A DNA stretch of 64,000 nucleotides from Picochlorum sp. SENEW3 (GCA_034226945.1 CP120454.1:620001-684000), one strand, 5' to 3'. Shown: positions 1 through 11,068, counted from the first letter of the stretch. The notes: generated by a model from the letters alone, not told the origin. Numbers and translations are program-made.

Positions 1-398
1 CGAGTGACGGCAGTACGCTGGAGGTGGATGATTCTGGTGTGTATGTGGTCAATGAGAGAGATACCCTCGAGACAGACCAACCACCACAGGGCAGACGCTC
101 CCTCTCTCAACTAGCCAATCCGGGAGGGTTTACTGTTCAATTCCTGGCAGATTCTGGATCTAGTCGCTCAACCACAATCACCTCATGCTATATACCAGTA
201 AAAGACGAGAACAAGTGTACACCATCAATTGACAGAAGAGCATGCGTGTATGGACAGATTTATTACTATGACGGCGTCCTCAATGCCAAGTTCCTGACTC
301 TGGAGGAATGCTGTCAATATAAGGGCGATGATGAATACTCGCAGTGCATGCAAGTTTCCATCCGCTGCAACCAATGGTATTCTCAATGTAGTGACTAG
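1..398 (+). CDS. 3' part of an unknown Cys-rich protein (gene starts before the window or upstream of an intron)
   Basis: ORF 24..398 opens at a GTG near the window edge, has a Cys-rich C-terminus and stops at TAG 396-398; no family recognised. Confidence 0.4.
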   Translation, partial: SDGSTLEVDDSGVYVVNERDTLETDQPPQGRRSLSQLANPGGFTVQFLADSGSSRSTTITSCYIPVKDENKCTPSIDRRACVYGQIYYYDGVLNAKFLTLEECCQYKGDDEYSQCMQVSIRCNQWYSQCSD

Positions 399-707
399 CA
401 TGCCACTCTGTACATTGTACTACTAGTATCAGGTGGGCCCATATATGGGCCCATATGCATATGCATGTGAACAAGATTGAAAAATAGAACAATTAGAAAA
501 ATCTGCACAAGAGCATTAAAGCCTCTTGTCACTCTTTTTACCATTTTTAAAAGCAAATATTGTGAGTCAATATTGTGACATATACAAAGGATTTCATCCG
601 TATCGATAGTTTGATATACATTGAAAGCATTTGTATTCCATGCCATGCACGCTTGCTTCTCTTGACAGATCGCCATCACAGCACGCAGGTATAGACCCTT
701 TCATAAA

Positions 708-1328
708 ATGGATAGGAAATGGAGATTAAATAGACAAGCATTGAACTCGATTGAATCAATTGTCGATTTTGAAACTCGCTACATTGGGACATGGAACGAA
801 TCCTGTGAGCTTGCTACTCGCACAGATGTATACGCAGTATACACAGTTTTACATATAGAAAATAAACAATGGGAATTACAATGGAGTGATGCGTGTCGAG
901 GGTATTATTTTGTGACTCGAGAAGAGAGCCAGGAGGGGACCACCAACACTGTGGGAGGAAAGGCTGGTTGTGTCACGGTGCCCGAAGGGGATGAGGATGT
1001 CTCTGTTGTGGCGGATGAGGAGGATCATCATAAAGATACCAGAATGACTGTGTTGGAAAAGGTGAGTGAGGTTGGTGCGCGGCAGTTGGTGGTGCCAGTG
1101 AGTAGTTCCTTGTCCATGTTGACTCCTCGGTTGGTGCATCGAGTGTGTTCCTTGGGGCATGGGACAGCTCGACAGGTGATTCTGGGGCTTGTGGATTCGA
1201 ATGGTGTGGTGAGTCGGTGTTGCTTGTATGATTATATTCAGGCTCCGTTGGAGGCGAGTGGTGTCGAGGCTGAACTGGCTCCAGGTAGTACACAGCATGC
1301 TGCTGCTGTGCAGCAGCAGCAACCATGA
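708..1328 (+). CDS. Putative tRNA-splicing endonuclease subunit Sen15-like protein
   Basis: 206-aa ORF; C-terminal LVVPVS...QVILGLVDSNGVVSRCCLYDYIQAP resembles the Sen15 C-terminal pattern. Confidence 0.5.
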   Translation: MDRKWRLNRQALNSIESIVDFETRYIGTWNESCELATRTDVYAVYTVLHIENKQWELQWSDACRGYYFVTREESQEGTTNTVGGKAGCVTVPEGDEDVSVVADEEDHHKDTRMTVLEKVSEVGARQLVVPVSSSLSMLTPRLVHRVCSLGHGTARQVILGLVDSNGVVSRCCLYDYIQAPLEASGVEAELAPGSTQHAAAVQQQQP

Positions 1329-1557
1329 GGACCATGTGTACATCATCATCATCATGTTGCTAGTATGACCTGTCGCTAGGTAATCAAGTGTGTACGTTGA
1401 TCGAGTACAATCAATCAAATACTTGGTTACGCAGATGTGCACTATTGATTGATAATACAGATGTAGTCTCATACAGAGAAATCTCTTCGAAGAGAATTGA
1501 CCAGAATATACATGCATACATACTTCATCCATTTCTTCTTCAAATCAAATTGTAAAT

Positions 1558-2837
1558 ATGAAAAAGTGGACTGATAAATTGATAAAGAATTTGGGTGTGG
1601 AGGATGTGAGGAAAAAGGCGTCGTTTCAGGGGCGAGGTCACAAGTTGGGTGGGGCTGAAGACGACGTGTCATCCTCTTCTGAGCAACAGGTATGGTGATA
1701 TTCTTTCTTTCTTTCGTTATTTATATATAAAATTGGTCATGAATTCATGTGTAGAGCCGAGGTCAGGGAAAAGGACCGACCGACAATTCGGGGCACGTTC
1801 AACCACCTCGACAGCAGGGCGGTGCCCCTACTGTTGCATCGAGTCGACACCAGGCTCGGCCTTCCAGGACAGAGGAGCTGATTGATACGAGTATCTCTTC
1901 GATAGGGAATGTGGAATGTGAGTCTGCGATGCGGCATATTGTGGGGGAGGTGAAGGATCATGGAGCAGTATGTTTGAGAACTGTGTATACAATATTGAGC
2001 AACATCCTGGCAACGCCAGAGGATGAGAAGGTTCGAAAGCTACGGTTGCAGAATCCAAAGATTCAGTCATGTATTGTTGATGTGCATGGTGGGATGGAGC
2101 TGTTGCTGGGGTGTGGATTTGAGGTGGTGTTTGAGCCATCATCTAGTGATGCATCACCTCAAGAGGAGGATGCTGGCGAGCATGGGTTTTTGGTTCTTCC
2201 CAAAGATACGGAAGATTCTACCATGGATATACTCCGACGAGTCGTGAGAGCTATTGGCATTGTGCTTGGATTGCCACAGGGGGATCAACAATCATCATCA
2301 ATATCCTCGCGTCCGGCAAATAATAGCATGGATGCCAGTGAGATTCTTGTAGATAGAAATACAATCATAGAGTTACCCACGCCCGTGGATACACATGTTC
2401 CGGACTGGTTTTTCGAACAAAGTAGTGCAGAAATAAAACAAATATATAGAGAAAATCGAGAAAAGATGGAACAGAGCAAAGTGCTCATGACTAGAGCCAT
2501 GAGGGAAAAGCTGCACAGGAGGAATTCCTCAGCACGCCATCATTCTGCAGTCCTCAGGATACGCGTGCGAGCTCCAGAAGGTACCAAGATTGTTGGTGAT
2601 TTTGCGAGAGGGGAGCCAGTTCAAGCGCTCTTTGCCTGGGTATCTGATTGCTTGGTAGATCCCATGCTGGAATTTGATCTCATCATGCCAGATAGAAGCA
2701 AACTTGGTGATGCCAGGTTTGAACTCAAGACACTGACTCAACTTGGTCTCACAGAGTCACAGACACTGAATTTAGCATGGATGGGAGACTCTGTTCGTCT
2801 GATGAAAAACACACCTGCTTTTCGGGAGAATCTGTAA
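1558..2837 (+). CDS. PUB- and UBX-domain p97/CDC48 adaptor (plant PUX2-like)
   Basis: Exon 1558-1689 has SHP-box-like FQGRGHKLG; GT-AG intron 1690-1754; exon 2 is in frame with ORF 1911..2837 and carries PUB motif (ILSNILATPEDEKVRKLRLQNPKI) and UBX-like IRVRAPEG. Confidence 0.8.
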
Positions 2838-2853
2838 CCATCAGATAGTATTA

Positions 2854-3099
2854 TTACAAGGGATTTAGACTGTTCACCAGTCCTGTCGCCCAGACAGCGA
2901 TGCCAGTCACCACTGCCAACCATCCCAACCCACGCCGTCGTTGCTGTCTCACTTCTTCTATAGTGTCCTCTTCCTTTTTCTTCTTCTTGGACACAAAACC
3001 CTTTTTTTCAACAAGCTTTTCAAATGTTTGCTCATCCTGAATCTCCCGTAGCAGTTCCACACCTTCAAATGAAATAAAAACAACGATAAACGACAGGAT
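2854..3099 (-). pseudogene. 3' half of a transposon-interrupted host gene (small membrane protein, probably plastid-targeted)
   Basis: Encodes ILSFIVVFISFEGVELLRE...GLGWLAVVTGIAVWATGLVNSLNPL*; joins in frame with 9139-9438 once the element and one TSD copy are removed. Confidence 0.8.
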
Positions 3100-3102
3100 A
3101 AT

Positions 3103-3145
3103 CATCTGGGAAATCTGAAAATAAGAAATGGACGTCCGATGTAAT
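3103..3145 (+). repeat. Left terminal inverted repeat (43 bp)
   Basis: Exact reverse complement of 9096-9138. Confidence 0.95.
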
Positions 3146-3475
3146 CCAGTGTCCTTTGGACACACATTTCGTGTACGTGGACATGGACGTCTATCGTAGT
3201 ACCCTGTATGACATCTGTCCATCCACCGTCCGAAGGGGCCAAAGCGAGATAGAGGCATGTTTTTTCCATTCGTCGGACAGGTGACACAAACGGCAATGTC
3301 CATGTAGGGATAGGCGTCCACGAATCCAGGTACACCAAATGTAGCCGATTTGGACAGTGGAGTATATTTGGACTATAAATATTATTTTACAGATTACTTT
3401 TCTACATATTGTACAAGGTGACTTGCACCCCTGGGGCGAGCCACTGCGCTGGTATGGAGCAAGTTGGCCCCAAGT

Positions 3476-6400
3476 TCAGCGGACATACCTGTTGTGTATG
3501 AACCATTTCCTGTTGTTGCTGGGGTCTTTTTGCATGTAAATTGGCTCGAGTATATCTACAGCTCTGCATAGATCGGTGAAGACTTCTGTTTGGTTGTTAC
3601 CTTCAGAACTCTGTCTCACAGTCTTCTCCACTTTGAGATATGGCAGGCCAAGGACAGGATGTAAAGTAGCTTTCTTGACCTCTGTAAACCACCTGACGAA
3701 TGCAACCTCTGCATCCTGTCTCCCACTGGTAGATGGAGGCGTGATTCTCACAAAGCAGAGGATCTCAGCATACCATGGCTGGTGTCCATCGCCTTTCACA
3801 GTCACAAAGGATCCCATCGTATCACTGAGCCTATGTATTTTGGATTCGAGCATGCTCCGAGTGAAATTTTGTGGATCGTCTTGGTGCTGTTTGGCAAGGC
3901 GTAGAGTCTCAGGAAATGTGTGTATTCTCCCAAGCAACACTCTGGTGCTTGTTTCACAGCCAGGATACTGTATGAATGGTATGTGTGCTTTCTGAAATAT
4001 CTCAATCTGCAAATTTCATTTGTTGTATTTAATTCGACACTCTCATCATTATGTTGCAGTAAATTGCAAGGCACATACCTGAGTATCAGATGGGATTTGA
4101 AGGTTCCTAGAGGAAGATATTTTGGTCTGGTACAGGATGTTGATGCAGTAAATGAGTCTCTCCATATCAGGTAACCATGCTTGAAGTTTTCGATACGGGG
4201 CGAGATTTTGCAGGTCACCTATAGTACCATGTAGTATGCGCGAATTCGGAACCATCTGAATCCTGTTTGTGCTGAGAGCTCGAATCCTCTGCATTCCAAA
4301 ATGGTGATTGACCTTGGAAAAATGTGTAGAAACAGGCAACAACCAGGACAGCAATAAACCCACCGATGTTTCGTACGTCCGTTTATCATCTTCGTGACAC
4401 TGGATTAGTTCCGCTACCCTGGCCATTTGAGTTGCCTTTGCTAGGGTTTGCTGCATGAATTGGCCATTTCTGTTATTGGTCCACGCGCTTGCAGACTTGA
4501 GGTCTTTGTGTGTTCTCTCGTGATGGTGTGTATCACATACACTGGCACATGCAGATCGTTTGACTTCATCATGGAACTTATAGAGGGCAAACGTTTTCAA
4601 AGTATTGAGGTGCTGCGTGGAGGAAACTTGCTCGAATGCTTTTGCCAGCGCTTGCTTCAATTTCTCAATGGTGGCATGCATTTTTGCCAATGTGTCCTCA
4701 GTGTGATGCTTACACAGTATACGTGCTTCGAGTTCTAAATACACTGCACATTAGGAATAGTAATAATAGTTTGGTGCTTATGAGAATACAGAGAGTAACA
4801 CACACAGTACCTTGTAGCACATCCACTACCGGACGAAGAGCATCATCCACAAGGCAGGCAACAAGTGCCAAACGACACAAATTAGCTGCTTGCTCGCTTG
4901 ATACGGTGATATTTTTATCGGTGGGTAGCTCGAATTTGACAGAGGGCAGGCTATATTCCCTGAGTGGGGATGACTCGTCAATGCTGGCACTCATCTTACT
5001 GAGAAGGTTTGCCTGGTGCTTCCCAGACATCTCCATGCATGTCTTCAGTAGTGATGCTGATTTGAGATTGAAATTGCAAATATATGATCCTACTCCAGAA
5101 TGCAATGTATGGAGCGTGTCAGGTACCACAAGATCAAAGCAATTTGTGAGATGAAAACCAGCAAGGGGCAAGGAAGGAATTCTGCCCTTGGATGCGTCTC
5201 CTTGTCCCTGCATGGTACTCTTTTATTTTGTCAATGCTTTGATTTTTCTCTTTCTTCAGAAGTGATCTAGACAACATACCAGGTAGTAGGTCACGACAGA
5301 TTTGCCTTGCTTTCCAAATGTATCAGCCTCGGGTGTATACAAAAGAAGAGGGTCGTAGGAGAACTCTTTCAGCATCTCTTTCGCCTTTTCTGGGTCTTTA
5401 AATCTCCTAGATGCATCCAAACGTTTTTGAAAGAGGATCTCAGACCTTCTGGTGGGCATGGTATCGATAGACTTGCCCAAGCGCCTTCTACGAACAAGAT
5501 AAGCTGGATCAGGATATGAATCCATGTCGTTTGGACCAGCACTGATGCCGAAAATGGTCTGATATTCCAAGAGGTCTGCAGCATAAAATACTGGTATTGG
5601 AAAGTATGTTTTCGTTTCTCCTTTGGTATTGACTAATCGGACGCCAGTGTGACTGAGATTTTGAATGGTTCGAGTATTAGATATAACGACGTGTACATCA
5701 GCCATTTCTTCAAATTCTTCATGACCATGCCCTTTTTAGGCAGCAAATGCCCCTGTGGCTGTGGCTCAGGAATATGACCAATACATCTGTATGCATTTTG
5801 TGTGAACCTGTCCTCAATAGCTGCTGATGGAAAGAATAGATTCACTGGATACAGAGTCTTTGGGCCCTTCCTTGACAGGGTTTTATCGCTATAGAAAGCT
5901 ATGGGGAGAAGCCGCAACCAGGGTGTATTTCCTGAAGCTTATTCTGGATGTAATAATAAACTTCGTTAGAGACGGCAAAATCATGTGATATCATAGGAAT
6001 CGAACTCACCCAAGTGTCTAACATCCAGTCTCCCCATGCAACTTCACCATAGACTCTTGCTCCACTGCCTGGAATCGTTGCACTTTCTGGGCGCGTCTTG
6101 ATATCTTTAACTTTTAAAAGACATTCCTGAAGCAATGCTTTGGCGTCCGCGATGTGAAATATGACACAATCATTCCCACAGACAGTGAGTCCCAATGTCT
6201 GGACCATGTCCTCTCGTCCAGATTCGGTGCGTAAAAAGTCATTAAAGTCTTCAATACCTCTTCCAAAAGATAAATTTCCATCCAATATGTCCCAGGAAGC
6301 TTTAATTAAACTATCACCCACCTTTTTGGGCAGACGAGGTACAGCCTCAATCAGTGCTCTCTCAAACATGTTCAGGCGAGTCTTGCAGGCCAGAGAATCA

Positions 6401-6733
6401 TCGCATTCAGCAGATTCTTTCTGACAATCATAAATGTCATTGACCTCATCAGGATCACAGGGATCTTCATGGTAGCAATGATTATCATTGTCCTCATGTT
6501 CCCCCCTGTGCATGAACTGGACCCACACGGAGCTTTTTTCCCCCGTACAGTCTTCTTGCATCCCGATCCCGATTGTACATTCTTTTCCTCATAATTGTTG
6601 CTTGTTTGCTGGCTTGGACTATTCGATCTCGCAGTTCCTCATTCGATATGCCAGCACAACCTTTGTAGTGTTGTGTGCCAAGACTCTTAAACCACTTCCC
6701 ACAGTACTGGCATTGAATCCGTTCAGAATCCAT
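3476..6733 (-). CDS. Plavaka-like transposase (spliced, with apparent frameshifts near 5917 and 5660)
   Basis: Chain of minus-strand ORFs with N-terminal zinc-finger-like CQYCGKWFKSLGTQHYKGC and motifs RVYGEVAWGDW, LLPIAFYSDKT..LYPVNL, FPIPVFYAADLLE, PDTLHTLHSGV, CDTHHHERTH and C-terminal WYAEILCF..AFVRWF; several joins have GT-AG boundaries. Confidence 0.8.
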
Positions 6734-7116
6734 GATTTCAAATTATATATTGATGCAAATTTCATCTCGCTCACACAGGGCTACACCTGAGCCATTTCTA
6801 TCGCCCAAACGCTCCTGCATGAAGGTCCAATGTTCTCATTGTGTCACCGTCCGCTGGAGAGGTGCCTGGACCGAATGTTCTTCTTGGTGCCCATGTCGGA
6901 ACCGTTCAAAACATCGCGGAGCAGTATTCTGTGTTTCATTGAAATTTATCGTTATAAATTTCATCAATACTTTTTAATACTTGCGAAGAATCGCAAATCA
7001 GTGTCGAAAAGTCAACACTGTGGGCAAAGCAGCAGTTTTCTTCTCAACTGTCCTGTTCTTTGATCGCAACTCGGTACCTAGGTGTTCCTTCGTGTTCTGA
7101 ACCGAACACATCTATA

Positions 7117-8429
7117 ATGATAACCAGTTCATCAAAAAACGACCAAGGGACTGCGGTTCCGCAAGTTTCTCACCAAGAAACGAAAAAGCGCGGGCGTGGT
7201 CGCCCACCCGGGAGCAAGAACAAGAAACCTGCAGTGAGCAATCAACAGGATGCTCATATAAAGAGGGTGAATTATTTTGATGAAATCCTCAATATAAATG
7301 CAACGAATGAGACAGTGTTGCCTTCGAATGACCGCCTCCTTGTTCAACCGTACTACAAGGTGGACCAAAAAGGAAAACCATCAAGTGATTCGCAACAATC
7401 TAAACGCAGAGACAACGATTCGGACGAATCAGATCCTGATGAGAATGTCGAGTTATCTGATCCAACCAGCCAACCTCCAAGAGGGGATGGATACAGTGAT
7501 ATCTTGCATGAAGACTTTGCAAACCATGAAACAAGAGTACCTGGGGCACTCAATGGTACGAATGAAATTAAGAATATTCTTTTAAATATATCAGGGATAC
7601 TCAGTGAAATCAAGGAAGTCGTAGTTAATGGCAAAGCAAAAGGAAAGAGCAAAGTTCCGCTCAGAAAGGTATGCCATTGAATGTTTCTCTTCAACAGTAT
7701 TCTCGTAATGGCCGTTCAACTGGACTGCAGAATGAAGCAGATAATAAGACGATCAAGCAGGCAATCATGCATGTGGTACTGGGAGATAATGTAGATGGCA
7801 TTTACCCTTCAACTCGCATGAAGGAAAGCATTGCTAAGCTTCTTGAGGAGAAGACCACGCAACAGGAAATTCAAACTTTGTTACGCCAAAGAATACGACC
7901 TTTTCTGAGCAAAAGATGTGAAGAGGCATTTTTAAAGGTGTATGGCAGTCATGATGACTACAAGGATGGTATTTCTGTTTCGCCGGAAAGGGTTTGGCAG
8001 TCACTGAAGATACGAGGGAGGAGCTTCTCAAAGGTACTCTGCGTAGCAATGGTAATATATACTCAAACTCATGATCACGTTGTTTGCGTGCAGGTCTGGA
8101 TAAGGATAAGCCCCAGTACAGATTCCGCAATGACGATCCATTTGGGAACAGACTTTTCAGAAAATATCTGGTAGATCTGCAAGGTATCTATCTGGAGGCA
8201 TGTGGCCTGGGATTCAGTGATTTTCAATCTCTCGATTTTCAAGAAGAGAAAGCCGATTATCATATCAGAACAATGCCTCTGCCAATCCTGGCATACTGCA
8301 TGGCCAAGGTACGATGTATATTGAGATTGGTGACCATGTCATGTCAACACACAGGCGGTCTCTGCGTTTCAAATCGACAAGAGGGTTTCACCACGACGTG
8401 GCTCTTCTTCGGGAGTGCCCTCTGACTGA
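7117..8429 (+). CDS. Transposon accessory protein with AT-hook (spliced; exon structure uncertain)
   Basis: KKRGRGRPPGSKNK AT-hook in ORF 7060..7680; ORFs 7671..8174 and 8084..8425 can be linked by GT-AG introns (e.g. 7669-7730); lies inside the TIRs, divergent from the transposase. Confidence 0.6.
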
Positions 8430-8937
8430 TTTGAAGGAGAGCTGTCAAGAAGAACTTTGACAAGCTATGCCTGAGGCAATGGTGCAAAAGCACAATTGTT
8501 TCATCAGCAGAGTGTCTTGCTGTGGGATGTTTGCATGATATTTCAACACATAATTTTCGAGCATCATTAATGATACACGTGTGTGTTTGTGTAGTTTGAG
8601 GCCATACTTGTGGGGGAAGTTATCAATGATGCAGATTACAAGGCCATGCTCAAAAGCCTGAGGAATCTGCGGAGCAGGTATATCAGATTGCCACCAGAAG
8701 AACATCTTAGGTTCCCATTCCTCGACCACACCAGTGGTAATAGGTCGTGAGTGACAATGAGAATGTGTCGTGTTTGTAGGTCTCCTTCTTATTATCAGTG
8801 AGAGTCTACAGGTTTCCACATAATGTGGCCACATAATGCTACTCTGGTGTGCGTCATCACACCTCTCTGTGGATACCAGATGTATGTATGAGTACAGATA
8901 TTATATATTCAGTGTAAATGTACAGTAGTGTATCGAG

Positions 8938-8992
8938 GCGTCCATATAGCGTCCAAATAGCGTCTATATAGCGTCCAAATAACGTCCAAACA
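8938..8992 (+). repeat. Subterminal tandem repeat, 5 x 11 bp (GCGTCCAAATA consensus)
   Basis: gcgtccatata gcgtccaaata gcgtctatata gcgtccaaata acgtccaaaca; shares the CGTCC core with the TIR. Confidence 0.85.
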
Positions 8993-9095
8993 GTGCACAG
9001 GAACGCCAGTATCCGTGTATAAAAATAGTAGTACATTTGGACATCAACGTCAAATTCTTATATCTTAAATTAGTGTGTCGACAGAAGAATTGTGT

Positions 9096-9138
9096 ATTAC
9101 ATCGGACGTCCATTTCTTATTTTCAGATTTCCCAGATG
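9096..9138 (-). repeat. Right terminal inverted repeat (43 bp)
   Basis: Exact reverse complement of 3103-3145. Confidence 0.95.
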
Positions 9139-9438
9139 AATGGCCCCTGTGTACAAATTATCTATCGTCACAAGATCAGGAAACATCAGACGAGCCTCTG
9201 CATTGACATCAAATGTCCCAGGAAGAGGTGCTTCCTTCATCTGAGGTGGAAGCTGCTGTGGACGATCCAGCAGTCTTGGAAAGTCTGGAACCAAGGATGC
9301 CAGCGGCATGTATATAGAAGAGGGCACGCTTCTACAGATGAAGACCGCTGATGAGCCGCTTCGCATGCCATATAGTCTGCGCGACGATAGTTGTTGAGAA
9401 TTCGCAATGCTCTTCGAAGGGTGGAATAGAATTTTCAT
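9139..9438 (-). pseudogene. 5' half of the transposon-interrupted host gene
   Basis: ATG 9438, MKILFHPSKS...NLYTGAI, Ser/Arg-rich transit-peptide-like N-terminus; continues in frame at 3099. Confidence 0.75.
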
Positions 9439-9817
9439 GTCTCTTTCACTACTCAAATATGTCCTTGCGTTGGTTCTCAGTTATACAGCCATCCACACCC
9501 ATGATTTATTGGACACTTGTAGTAATATTGTTATTATTCAGGATGAAGAGATTTCATATCGTGACTATTTGTTGTTCAAAAACAAGGAGGAAACTCTCTG
9601 TAATATGATACTTTTAGTAGAATACATTTCACTCGTTTTGTTTTTGTACACAAGGCATCCAGATGTCGCATCCACCAGTAGTTGTGTTTTATACTTAATT
9701 TCGATACAAAAAACACCTCCATGCATGCATCTATTCATAGGGTATCTGCAGGACGCTGGAGTAGATTATTCGTATTATTGGTACAAGAAGAAAATGCCAT
9801 TGCAATTCTAGGACGAT

Positions 9818-11068
9818 ATGGCATTTTCTGGAGTAGGGAGTTCCCTGACGAGGGATTCTCCGACATTCTTTGAAATGCTGGCGGCAGAGCGGCTGATGAA
9901 TACGCTTCAGGATGCTATTTCGTATGGATTGTCAGTGTATGGGCAGAGGTCTGAAGTATGTCGTCGATTGCTGGAGAATGAGGACGATCTCTTCTTTCTT
10001 ATTCGAGTTATTCTGGAATCTCATGCGTTGAAAAGCTATAATGCATCATTTGCGGAGCACGTGTATGGTCTCCGCAGGGTGCCATATGGCAGAAAGGCTC
10101 CTCCTCAAGAGGAGCAAAAAACGACTGACAGGTGTGTGTTGCTGTTGACGAATCGACAGAAGCACTTGTCGGTTGTATTAATGACACTGGCTCCATTTTT
10201 GAGGGCAAAATTGATGAAAATGTATACAAACTATTCGTCTAATTCGACGGATCAGCATAGCAATAATAATAATCATGGGGCTACAGTGTGTTGGAAGGAT
10301 GTGTTGGATGCATTGTGGAAGAGACGACACAATCGTGATGATAGAAAGATACATTATTATAGAAACCTGATGGATACGATACAGATGTTTTCTCGTCAGC
10401 ATGCCAAACGTCTGTGTGTCAAGGCTGTTCCATGGCTGCATACATCTGCCCACATGGTGGATCTGTGCTATAAACTGCTCTACCTTCTTCAGAAGAGTCC
10501 GTATTATTCTCCGGCACATCACTTTATAGGTATACGAGTTGCTCAGCTATCGGCAGACGATGTTGCGAGGAGCAGGCACGAGAAGATGGTGCATCGACAG
10601 TCCATTCTTGACGGCATTCAAAAGAGCACTGCACCTCTGCCCTTCAAACTCCTTCGCATTGGGTCCCTTAAAATGAAGCATTACGTGAGCGATCATACTA
10701 CGACAGCATTGATTTTAGCAGTATTTGGATTCAAGGTATTAGAATGGTGGTACACCACCGCAGAAGAACAGGCACAGGGAGCATCCCTGTCTTCCCTTCC
10801 AGTCCCAGTCCCTCCTCCAGCCATACCTCCTATTGGAGGCATGTATGCTCTGCCGAAAGACTGTTCTCTGTGTGCTATATGTCAGGAGAAGAGAAAGAAC
10901 CCTACCATGGTGTCGCACACGGGCTATGTCTTCTGTTACCCATGTGTATTCAAGCATGTGAGTGAGCAAGGTGTGTGCCCAGTCACGGGGCTCGTGACTG
11001 ACATCTCGGATTTGAGGCGCCTTTATGACGGGATGGCGTCTTCTGGCAGCACACAGTCTTTTATTTAA
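9818..11068 (+). CDS. PEX12: Peroxin 12 (RING peroxin)
   Basis: N-terminal PTFFEMLAAERL, SFAEHVYGLRR, FGFKVLEWWY and C-terminal RING-like CAICQEKRKNPT..GYVFCYPC..CPVT. Confidence 0.92.
   Translation: MAFSGVGSSLTRDSPTFFEMLAAERLMNTLQDAISYGLSVYGQRSEVCRRLLENEDDLFFLIRVILESHALKSYNASFAEHVYGLRRVPYGRKAPPQEEQKTTDRCVLLLTNRQKHLSVVLMTLAPFLRAKLMKMYTNYSSNSTDQHSNNNNHGATVCWKDVLDALWKRRHNRDDRKIHYYRNLMDTIQMFSRQHAKRLCVKAVPWLHTSAHMVDLCYKLLYLLQKSPYYSPAHHFIGIRVAQLSADDVARSRHEKMVHRQSILDGIQKSTAPLPFKLLRIGSLKMKHYVSDHTTTALILAVFGFKVLEWWYTTAEEQAQGASLSSLPVPVPPPAIPPIGGMYALPKDCSLCAICQEKRKNPTMVSHTGYVFCYPCVFKHVSEQGVCPVTGLVTDISDLRRLYDGMASSGSTQSFI

Larger units (their letters stand above)
3103..9138. mobile_element. Full-length TIR DNA transposon, Plavaka/CACTA(CMC)-like, 6036 bp
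   Basis: Perfect 43-bp TIRs (CATCTGGGAAATCTGAAAATAAGAAATGGACGTCCGATGTAAT) at 3103-3145 and 9096-9138; AAT duplicated at 3100-3102 and 9139-9141; internal transposase gene; splits a host ORF. Confidence 0.93.

Noticed and set aside
2854..3321. ORFs 2854..3321 and 9037..9351 sharing LHRTSISYFQISQM as duplicated genes
   Set aside because: The shared peptide is only the translated TIR; both ORFs are junction artefacts of the insertion
8445..8834. 129-aa minus-strand ORF as a third transposon gene
   Set aside because: No recognisable motif or convincing protein-like composition; cannot be supported without expression data
8938..8992. Short direct repeats as a possible CRISPR array
   Set aside because: Tandem 11-mers with no spacers, eukaryotic context and no cas genes; explained as transposon subterminal repeats
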